Below are positions 1-9,976 of a stretch of 64,000 bases of DNA, piece after piece; the stretch's first letter is position 1; each line of letters opens with the position of its first letter. The DNA is taken from assembly GCF_006345805.1 (NCBI RefSeq), contig NC_043004.1, positions 51,150,001 through 51,214,000 of the forward strand. The letters are read 5' to 3'. The position numbers were made by a program, and so were the translations under genes. Source of the DNA: Octopus sinensis. Lineage: Eukaryota. The notes below the pieces were generated by a model. That model searched no databases and was not told the DNA's origin. It saw only the letters and a list, made by a program, of their open reading frames with translations.

Positions 1-165
1 CAGCCTCTCGAATTGACCAGTTCCGTGAAAATAGACAGCACACGAGGTCCTCACCCAGAACCTATGGCGAAATATAGAAAGAGTAAAAATGGTAGTAGAG
101 CAAGGGTACCCAATCTTTTTTGCACCATGGACCCATTTCGTCGTCATCATCATTATTATCATTTC

Positions 166-473
166 ACCGTGATCACCGTGACCAACCAGTCTATCAGATG
201 TTGCTACACATCGCTGGTCACAATGCGCTTCACATTGTTTTAGCCTTCAAATGACACCACCCCGCTGGCTAAGCGAGCAGGCCAACAGAAGAAAGAATGA
301 GAGAAAGTTGTGGTGAAAGAGTGCAGCAGGGATCACCACCAAATCCTGCTGGAGCCTTATGGAGCTGTAGGTGTTTTCGCTCAATAAACACTCACAATGC
401 CTGGTCTGGGTATCGAAACCGCAATCCTGCAACTGTGAGTCCGCTGCCCTAACCACTGGGCCATTGCACCTCC
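166..473 (-). mobile_element. tRNA-derived SINE family A, tail type a (also ~20200-20488 and ~27128-27432, both minus)
   Basis: Head GGAGGCGCAATGGCCCAGTGGTTAGGGCAGCGGACT...GGTTTCGATTCCCAGACCGGG with A/B-box-like motifs, followed by a shared non-tRNA body. Confidence 0.85.
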
Positions 474-1775
474 AGATTATTATCATTTAATGTTTACTTT
501 CCATGCTGGCATGGTATGAACTGTTTGACAGGAGGTGGCTAGCCAGACAGCTGCACCAGACTCTAATCGTCTGTTTTGGTATGATTTCTACAGCTGGATG
601 CCCTTCCTAATACCAACCACTTTACAGTGTGCTGGGTGCTTTTACGTGGCACCAGTATTGGTGCTTTTACGTGGAACCCACACAAGTGATTTTTACATGA
701 CAATCTTTTCCTTGAGCCAGGGTATCACACGTATAACAAAACACAATAAAATACGCAACATATAATTTAATCATAACATATATATAATACATATATTATA
801 TATATAATACACATATAATGCAAAAACATCATGCAGACTGTGACAGAGGAACTCTGCAATTAGGGTACAGAGCATTAAGATTAACAAACCAAAAAACCTT
901 TTGCAGAGCATTGGTAGAAGAAAGATGTGGAATTCTACTTCTGTTCTTGTAACAAAGTACTAGAAAGTAGGGGTAACTTATCACAAGAAATGGTTAACAG
1001 GCACTTCCTACATCAGTTTAGGCTACATGGTAATTCTTAAAAACATAAGTTCTCTTCAATAAAATCAGTATATCTATCTATCTATCTATCTATCTATATA
1101 TATATATAAGAGTATATAAGGCTCATCTTTGCATTATAACACAGAGCCATCTACTACTTTATCTAGATATCTTGGGAGATGTAAATGAATCTGGACAGAC
1201 TATAAAGATAGGGTAACCAGTTGGTTTTGTTTCTTGCTCTAAACTGTAGCAAGGACTAATTTCACAGCAGTATTAAATATACATGGATAAAAGGGTAAAG
1301 GATGAAAATCCCCTTTGGTTATGAATGACCATGGGATTGCACCAAGAAAGTTACCCTCCCAGGCACAAGTCCAGGCAAGGTTGTTTATGAAAGACCAGCA
1401 GTCGCCCATGCATACCAGCCTCCTCTCTCCATGCCCCCCAGTGTTATCCAAGAGAATGGCAAAGGCTGATACAGGTTGGCACCAGTGAGATGTTGCAACT
1501 CATTTCTATAGCTGAGTGAACTGGAGCAACATGAAATAAAGTGTCTTGCTCAAGAACACAACACACAGCCCAGTCTAGGAATTGAACTCACTGCCTCGTG
1601 ATTGTGAGCCTGACATTCAAACCATTGAGCCATACACCTTCACAGATATACATAGATTACTCTCTATATTTATACAAAACTCACACATTCATTTATCTCC
1701 TCCTTCACACACATGCTCTGACTCCAGTTTCTTTTTTTTTTTTTTGTCTTCTAAAAATGGTAAATCCATACATAC

Positions 1776-1893
1776 CTGGATCCAAGGTCGAGCTGTGTCT
1801 CTGTATTCTACAGGAACTGGTTCAGCATACGGAAGTCTTAAGTCATCTGGAATCAATGGTGAAGAAACTTCTCCTTGGCTGATGCCTGTTTCA
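1776..1893 (-). CDS. MAP3K1: MAP3K1-like exon after RING (last exon found; gene presumably continues left of the window)
   Basis: cctttaatcag| ... |gtatgt, 118 nt, phase 2/0. ETGISQGEVSSPLIPDDLRLPYAEPVPVEYRDTARPWIQ; the end matches MAP3K1 IPPAYKDLAEPWIQ. Confidence 0.88.
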
Positions 1894-2183
1894 CTGATTA
1901 AAGGTAGATGGAGAAAATGTTCCAATGAAAAGTATAAAAAAAAATGTCTGCAGTCAAGAGACAGACTGATCAGATTAAAAACAAAACGGTATTAGGCTAA
2001 TTAACAAAGATTCATTAATCAAAAACACCACTGGCTCACACAAGCATGCTGTTTCCACTCTGTTTTTTTTTCTACTACTATGGCCTCAAATCCACTCAAA
2101 TAGCAAAGACAGATTCCTCAGCTCAAGTATTGCACCAAATTGATACCATATCACACTATATCATATAGATTGTTGGTTCTCAA

Positions 2184-2604
2184 CATGTTGTACTGTTTGA
2201 CATTTGCGCTGGAAGTTCAAATAAGAACATTTCAGAGTGTTTGGGTGTCAATCTGAGGACAGTGAAATCTGAGGACATGTATGGAGAGTGATAAAAATCA
2301 AACATCCAGACAACATCATGGTGTTTGGGGTGATCACTAGTGATGGCTATGTTATGCCTCCATTCATCTTCCCACACGGACTCAGACTCAAGATGGAGGC
2401 CAACATCAAGTGCCTGGAGGAGGTAGTGCTGTCCTGGGCAAAGAGGGTGGCTGCTGGAAGACCCTATGTTTGAAACAGGATTCTGCACCATGCTACACAA
2501 GCAGAAGAACCCAGTCATGGCTGTCAGACCATTTCTGCGACCACAGCACCCCTAATGTCTGACCACCTGACTCCCCAGACTGCAACCTCCTTGATTATTA
2601 TGTG
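2184..2604 (+). mobile_element. DD37D (maT-like) Tc1/mariner deletion derivative
   Basis: IKIKHPDNIMVFGVITSDG...QDSAPCYTSRRTQSWL...*PPDSPDCNLLDYY, with 37 residues between the second and third D. Contains stops. Confidence 0.8.
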
Positions 2605-2714
2605 TGTATATATATATATAGGTATGTATATATGTATATATATAATATAATATAATAAATGTGAGAACTAATTTCTGTGTGTCACACTGACACAATTTAA
2701 AAAATAAAACAATT

Positions 2715-2974
2715 TAAAAAATAAAACAAAAATAACTGTTTAGTATTTTGGCGACAGGAATTTCTGTGAAAGAGACATGGTTATACAAAGTTGTACATCA
2801 TCTCCCTCCTTCTCTCTCTCTCTCTCTGCCTTCACCACTGCCCTCACCACCTCTATGTCTACTATTACTCTCACCCCATCATGTGGGATAGGTGTGTCAT
2901 TGAATAGTGACACACCTATCCCACATGATGGGGTGAGAGTAATAGTAGACATAGAGGTGGTGAGGGCAGTGGTG

Positions 2975-3012
<38 letters not shown>

Positions 3013-3124
3013 AAATGAGAGAGAGAGAAGGAGGGAGATGATGTACAACTTTGTATAACCATGTCTCTTTCACAGAAATTCCTGTCGCCAAAATACTAAA
3101 CAGTTATTTTTGTTTTATTTTTTA
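2715..3124. repeat. ~410-bp near-perfect palindrome (fold-back)
   Basis: Left arm 2715-2899, 8-nt loop, right arm 2908-3124. The arms appear to differ only by a 32-bp length difference in the (CT)n/(AG)n tract. Mirrored ORFs appear on both strands in the track. Confidence 0.95.
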
Positions 3125-3439
3125 TACACACACATTTATATAAAATACATTTTAATTGAAATAAAGTTTCCCCAAAATCAAACATTTCTAATATAATAAA
3201 TGTGAGTGTCAGTGTGTCACACTTTTTCAACTTTAGTAAATCCTTTCTACTGGAAGCATAAGACCTCAAATTTTGGAGGAAAGGATTAAGTCGATTACAT
3301 CAACTCCAGTACGTAACTGGTACTAATTTTATCGACTCCGAAAGGATGAAAGCCAAAGTCGACCTCGGCAGAATTCGAACTCAAAACCTAATGGCAGACA
3401 AAATACCGCCAAGCATTTGGGCCAGCTCACCACCTTTAT

Positions 3440-3915
3440 ACAATATAATAAATGTGAAAGTCAGTGTGTTACTTTTTCAACTTCACTCCTAGAGGCTGTA
3501 GCCCAACATATACCATTTTGGAATCAGGCTCACTCTGTGAGTAAATTGAAGACATTCCGGGCAGAATCTGGACCCATAATTCTGAAATTTTGGATTCTCA
3601 AGTGTTCATTACTGTGATTGGTTCCGGCGATTTTTTTATGTGACTTTTTGCGACAAATTTTTTTGTACGATAACAATTTTTATAATCTAAAGGCCAAATC
3701 TGTGAGTAAATTAAAAACATTCTGGACTGAATCTGGACCTGCACTCCTGAAATATATGTTTTCATTACTGTGATTGTTTTACATCATTTTTGTTACATGA
3801 TTTTTTGAGACAAATATGGTTCATCATTGGGATATGACTCTGGAGGAAGCAATTGCAACAAATTCTCCAAAACAAGTCAGAGATCTGTTTGCAGATCTTC
3901 CCATCCGGTGTTAGT
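3440..3915 (+). mobile_element. Helitron remnant
   Basis: tataataaatgtgaaagtcagtgtgt resembles Helitron 5' ends (similar ends near 2650 and 3190). 3822-3893 encodes HHWDMTLEEAIATNSPKQVRDLFA, resembling the RepHel linker motif HWxxxLxEA...SPxQxRxLFA (recalled, not searched). Confidence 0.55.
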
Positions 3916-4337
3916 TGCTTAAAAAGCTTGTGTATATTTATAAAATTTGTACTGTCTTTACTGTCCTGTTTTTGTTACCATTTTTACCCCTCCGCAAAAA
4001 AATCTCAAATTTTATTTAATTTGCTTTTTGCAGGAAGGAATGTTTCACCGAAGTCGCCTTGACCTTCGGAACGCAGAGTAGATGAAACAGAGGCGATTGA
4101 AGAAGGGGAATTTTCCTTGTGTTGTATGTCCTGTACTCTATTTTTTTTGTTGTTTAAGAAAAATGTCCATTTCCTTGGTTTTGTGTTTATGTTTTCGTTT
4201 CTCATTGTGTTTGACGTTTTGTTTTGGTGCCCTGTTCCCATATATGCATGTATATATACATGTAGAGGTAGGTACGTACATATATGTATGTGTATATGCA
4301 TATATTTATTTATTTATTTGTTATATATATATACATA

Positions 4338-4373
<36 letters not shown>

Positions 4374-4493
4374 CATATAGATAGATAAATAGATAGATAT
4401 AGATACACACACATGAATATATACATACACACACATACATATATGCATAATTATATATATATATATACACACACACATATACATAGATATATT

Positions 4494-4525
<32 letters not shown>

Positions 4526-4568
4526 CACATATACAGACATGTGTGTATATAGTTACAAACATACATAC

Positions 4569-4604
<36 letters not shown>

Positions 4605-5199
4605 ACATTAATCTGCAAAGTTCTTAACACCGCCACCACGATTACCGCCACCACCACTACCACCACCACCACCACCACCACCGGAAATTCACACCCAATA
4701 TAAACACCACAACAACTGCACGTACACCCACCCAACCTAATGTAGTAGCACCCGGCTGCAATAGGTTTATTGCACAATTTAGCTTGAGGCATTCCTCCAA
4801 ATGTGCACTTGTTTCATTAAAAGTGTGCAACTAGCTTGCAGATGGCGTATTTCTTATATCACCAACAGTATCAGCACAAGACACACACACAGCATCAAAC
4901 ATGCAAATATGGTTGGAAGTAATGAGGCAGCACAAGTGTTAGTATTTGTGTGTGTCTACTCCTATGTGCATGTATTCTTATATAGGCGCAGGAGTGGCTG
5001 TGTGGTAAGTAGCTTGCTTACCAACCACATGGTTCCGGATTTAGTCTATTTTTCCATTTGTTTTTGTTGTTTTCTGTTATGTTTTTGTCAGATTTTGAAA
5101 TACAAAAACACACGCACACACATACACCTCTATTGGGTAAGTATGAACATAAATGTTCTATAAATATATATATATGCATATATATATATATATATATAT

Positions 5200-5327
5200 A
5201 TTTATTATATAGAAGGAGCTTCTACAGGACTAGAACTGTTTCATTCAAGAGAAATCTTCAGCTTCCTGAAGATTTCTCTTGAATGAAACAGTTCTAGTCC
5301 TGTAGAAGCTCCTTCTATATAATAAAT
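5200..5327. repeat. Perfect hairpin with 62-bp arms and a 4-nt loop
   Basis: 5200-5261 is the exact reverse complement of 5266-5327; the loop is CTTC. Confidence 0.97.
5260..5310 (+). ncRNA. Type I hammerhead ribozyme motif with an intact core
   Basis: Stem I AGCTTC(5260-65)/GAAGCT(5305-10); CTGAAGA 5266-72; stem II TTC-TCTT-GAA with a U.U base; GAAA 5285-88; stem III ACAG/CTGT; cleavage triplet GTA 5302-04. Confidence 0.65.
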
Positions 5328-5439
5328 TAATTTTACTCTGCTATGTATTGAGTACCTTATTTACTGTGGTTAACCCCGAATCAACCCGGGACCTACATAT
5401 ATATATATATATATATATATATGCATGTGTGTATATATA

Positions 5440-5832
5440 GACGCAGGAGTGGCTGTGTGGTATGTAGCTTGCTTACCAACCACATGGTTCCGGGTTCAGT
5501 CCCACTGCGTGGCATCTTGGGCAAGTGTCTTCTACTATAGCCCCGGGCCAACCAATGCCTTGTGAGTGGATTTGGTAGACGGAAACTGAACAGAAGCCTG
5601 TCGTATATATGCATATATATGTATGCGCGTGTGTGTTTGTCCCCCCAACATTGCTTGACAACCGATGCTGGTGTGTTTATGTCCCTGTTACTTAGCGGTT
5701 CAGCAAAAGAGACCGATAGAATAAGTACTGGGCTTACAAAGAATAAGTCCCGGGGTCGAGTTGCTCGACTAAAGACGGTGCTCCAGCATGGCCGCAGTCA
5801 AATGACTGAAACAAGTTAAAGAGTAAAGAGTA
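5440..5832 (+). mobile_element. SINE family B with an internal microsatellite. Other copies (approximate): 15989-16442 -, 27880-28245 -, 29629-30022 -, 30395-30790 +, 31855-32172 +, 32480-32903 -, 34210-34610 +, 39880-40275 +, 51500-51870 -, 52840-53252 -
   Basis: Head GGCGCAGGAGTGGCTGTGTGGTAAGTAGCTTG...GGTTCAGTCCC, then ACCTTGGGCAAGTGTCTT, a variable (TA)n/(TG)n tract, a conserved tail, and a GAGTAAA repeat at the end. Confidence 0.9.
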
Positions 5833-6528
5833 GATGTGCATGTGTATTTATACATGTGTGTGTTTGTGTGAGGGTGGTATGGGTTTGTACTTCTGTGCAC
5901 CTGTATTTATATGTGTGTATATGTATTTGTGTGTATGCATATGCAAGTATCTCTGTGCGTGTGTGTGTGTGTGTATATGCGTAGGTGTGTGCATATGCAA
6001 GTATTTGTGTGTGTATGTACTTCTGTGCACATATTTATACGTGTGAATATGCGAGCTGGCAGAAACGTTAGCACGCCGGACGAAAATGTAGCCGTATTTC
6101 GTCTGTCGTTACGTTCCAAGTTCAAATTCCGCCGAGGTCGACTTAGCCTTTCATCCTTTCGGGGTCGATAAATTAAGTACCAGTTATGTACTGGGGTTGA
6201 TGTAATCGATTTAATCCCTTTGTCTGTCCTTGTTTGTCCCCTCTGTATTTAGCCCCTTGTGGGTAGTAAAGAAATATATATGTGTGAATATGTATTTATG
6301 TGTGTGTGTGTGTGCATGTGTGTACTTGCATGTACAAGTATGTGTGTGCATGCATATGCAAATTTGTGAGTGTGTGTGTGTGTGGGTGTGTGTAATGGAA
6401 AGAATGTTAAGCGATGAGGCAGATGAACTTTGTCTGTTTGTGGATAACTATATTGGATTTTCAGGACAGGAGAATAGATTCAGGTTTCTTTCATACACAC
6501 ACACAACTAATAAGTGTATATACATATA

Positions 6529-6737
6529 CGGGGTGTCCCGGAAGTTGCGCACCATCCTGGTTTTTTAAAAGAATACACTCTTATTGATTTCAAAAACACT
6601 TTATTGAAATCAATCGTAACAAATGCTCAAATTGAGCACCCTCTACAATAAAACATGCCGTGAAAATATAATAAAATAAAATGCTTTAATTATTTTAAAT
6701 GAAAACCAGAATGGTGCGTGACTTCTGGGACATCCTG
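6529..6737. mobile_element. Tc1/mariner-type MITE
   Basis: Imperfect ~37-bp TIRs (cggggtgtcccggaagttgcgcaccatcctggtttt / aaaaccagaatggtgcgtgacttctgggacatcctg), TA on both sides, AT-rich core. Confidence 0.8.
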
Positions 6738-6771
6738 TATATTCAAATGTATATATATATGCAAACAATAC

Positions 6772-6802
<31 letters not shown>

Positions 6803-7037
6803 AACATATATACACATATATATATATATATACATATGCATATACACACACACGCACACACACATATATGTACCTATATATCTCTCTATATATATATATA
6901 GATTAATCAGCCGAAATTGCGAAGATGATCCGGTTCTTGACTGAAGATTGAAGGCTTCGAATGTCCCGCCCGTGTTTTTTGTATCGTCTTCTAAATGTTT
7001 CACGTTCTTGTCCCAGTTTGTATTTTTTTACATTTAC

Positions 7038-7104
<67 letters not shown>

Positions 7105-7116
<12 letters not shown>

Positions 7117-7390
7117 TAATAGTATGACAACAAAAGAATGAATGAGATCTCGATATTAGGTAAATAGAGGAATTTATCTGTAATATAATATGTGACAATT
7201 ATTCAGTTGCCATAATAAAACTCTGAGTTTCAGATGTCGGGACGAAAATCTGCTCCGGCATCTCGTAAGTAATTAAGACAATCAAAACATGATTGTCTTA
7301 ACAACTGACGAGATGGCGGAACAGATTTCCGCCCTGACATCTGAAAGCCAGAGTCTTCTTATGGCAACTGAATTGTCACATTTTATAAAT
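7105..7390. repeat. Dispersed element with a long imperfect inverted repeat (second copy ~40622-40870)
   Basis: tgtgacaattattcagttgcc...taagacaatca / tgattgtcttaa...ggcaactgaattgtcaca. Each arm carries a degenerate hammerhead motif. Confidence 0.8.
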
Positions 7391-7391
7391 G

Positions 7392-7445
<54 letters not shown>

Positions 7446-7649
7446 TATGTGTATATATATATATGTATATACACACACATATATACACATATATATATGT
7501 AAATACATACAAATACACATGTATATATATACACACACACACACACATATATATATATACACACACACACATATATATATACATATATATATTACACCAC
7601 ATGTCTTCGTCTTTTCTCTCTCCCTGTATATATATATATATATATATAC

Positions 7650-8015
7650 TACCACTATGACCCGGCAACGCTGGGTCATAGTGCTAGTGCATGCATATAC
7701 AGCTGTGTGCGTGCGCACATACACGCGAGTACTGTCCAAATCTCCGACCAATCACATACAGCTAGCTGGCATTCAATTGGCCTATCAAGTTTCGGGCATT
7801 TTGATTGGGTTTTGGATAGAAAATTCACTAAAAAGTCACATCTATTGATTTTTTAATGGCTTTACAGGGTGACTGGAGAAATGTAAAGATGTGCACGACC
7901 ACCCTTGGACGGTCTTGAATGACCATAGAAAGTGCGAGCCCTCTAACTGAAAAATTGTGCATTTGTATAAAGGACGGACACATAGACAGACATTTTGCCG
8001 TTTATATATATAGAG
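7650..8015 (+). mobile_element. Non-autonomous Helentron-like (HINE/DINE-1-like) element, family 1
   Basis: 5' hairpin around CCCGG..CTGGG and 3' end ...tttatatatatagagat. Near-identical to 23697-24076. Confidence 0.6.
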
Positions 8016-8214
8016 ATACATATATATATGTGTGCACATACATATACGTGCACAAGCAATATATTTATTTGACGCTTGGTGAAAGGAGAGAGTGGTTAAT
8101 GTTTCAAGGCTAGCTCTTCGTCAGAAAGAGGAAAATCCAAAGAAAAAGAAAGGAAAATAAAGAAAAATCACCAACAATCCACATGTGGTTACATTTCTGA
8201 ATTGACCAGAAATC

Positions 8215-8303
<89 letters not shown>

Positions 8304-9229
8304 TAATAAATAAAACATATGCATATATATAAACATATATGTACGTACCTACCTCTACATGTACATATACACGCATATATGAGTACAGGACACCAAAAAG
8401 ACGTCGAACACAATGAGAAACGAAAACATAGACACAACCAAAGGAACTGGACATTTTTTAAACAACAAAAAAATAGAGTACAGGACAATTAACAGCAAGA
8501 AAAAACCCTTCTTCAGTCGCTATGGTTTCATCGACTCTATGTTTCGAAGGTAAAAGCGAGACGTATCTTCGACAAGAAACTTTCCTTCCTGCGAAAAGCA
8601 AATCAATTAAAATTCTGAGATCTTTTCGCAGAGGGGTAAAAAATGGTAACAAAAACAGGACAGTAACGACAGTACAAATTATAAACAGTAAAAGACAGGA
8701 CAAGGAAAAACAAGATAAGAAGGGCTGTTAACGCTGAACGAAAACAAGCATTGCGAACGACGAGCGGAGCAAAAAGAATTGTCGTCCATACCTCGAGAGG
8801 GTAAAGGCTAGAAAGACATATATATATATATATATACTCATATTCACAGATTCACTAATTCATGTTAGATTAGTTTTTTTTACGCTAGCATGGGCTACAT
8901 GAATGTCATGTTTTATATCATCATCATCGTTGTACATCAGTTTTTCCATGCTGGCATGGGTTGGACAGTTTGACAGGGGCTGGCAAGCCACAGAGCTGCA
9001 TCTGACTCCAATTGTCTGTTTTGGCAAGGTTTCTGCAGCTGGATGCCCTTCCTAATACCAACCACTCTACGTAGGGTACTGGGTGTATTCTATTCGGCAC
9101 CAGCACTGGTACCTTTTATGTAACAATTGCACCGGTGCCATTTCTGTGCTGGTAGCACATAAATACATACATATATATATATTCTTTTACTTGTTTCAGT
9201 CATTTGACGGTGGCCATGCTGGAGCACCA

Positions 9230-9269
<40 letters not shown>

Positions 9270-9451
9270 GAGTAGTAGAATGAATTATCTTGTTATGGAT
9301 AATTCGGTTAACCGATACCTGGGTAGCAAATTCACATCAGAGAAGACACGTTTGAAGTTACGTGCTTTCGTGTAGAAATTTGTATGTTTTTTTTTTAAAT
9401 ATAAATATATGAAAGAATGGAGTTGAACGACGAATTAACAAAATTCCTTTA

Positions 9452-9534
9452 TTTTCGACATATGTTTCGAAGGCTGCATATTCCTAATTGCGAAGGAATA
9501 AGGAGTATATTTTGCCGCTTTCTTATCAGGAAAA
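9452..9534 (-). ncRNA. Degenerate hammerhead motif (G8A)
   Basis: TTTTC-CTGATAA-GAAAGCGGC...GCAGCCTTC-GAAAC-ATAT-GTC-GAAAA; 5-bp stem I and a palindromic loop. Confidence 0.5.
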
Positions 9535-9704
9535 GCAAGGAACTTATGTCAACATCAAGATGCACAAAAAACTTTTAGATGACTGCTCACACAGAGCCCA
9601 TATATATACATATAGTTAATCCAAACATGAAAACACAATAACGCGGGGATGTGGAACAAGTATAGTGTTATTGGACGCTCAGGAAAGGAAAGAAAGAAGG
9701 AGGA

Positions 9705-9738
9705 TTTAACGTTTCGAGTAGAGCTCTTCATCAAAAAA
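9705..9738 (-). ncRNA. Ultra-minimal hammerhead-like motif (related copies at ~14152-14190 and 25226-25262, minus)
   Basis: TTT-TTGATGA-A-GAG-CTCTA-CTC-GAAAC-GTT-AAA; stem III is reduced to the palindrome ACGT, with U at position 3. Confidence 0.4.
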
Positions 9739-9897
9739 TATAGGAAAAGGAAAGATCTAAGGAAGGGAAGACGGAGGAAAAAACACACATACACACATAC
9801 ATATATACACACACGCACACACACACATACACACACACACTCAGACTCATTCCCTCTCATACACACATTAATAAGTGTGCATACAGTGGAGACTTAC

Positions 9898-9976
9898 TTC
9901 TCTTCAATTTTGCTTTTCCATTTTGTTCGACATATTGGACAAATGAGAGGACTCTGGTTATGACATTCTTCAAACC
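9898..9976 (-). CDS. MAP3K1: MAP3K1-like exon, RING/PHD second part
   Basis: ttttttcttcctag| ... |gtaagt, 79 nt, phase 1/2. (W)FEECHNQSPLICPICRTKWKSKIEE(N) versus MAP3K1 [21 protein letters not shown]. Too short for the ORF track. Confidence 0.93.

Noticed and set aside
1582-1995. Plus-strand ORFs 1582-1995 and 1598-1882
   Set aside because: They are antisense shadows of the MAP3K1 exon 1776-1893 and begin in a SINE.
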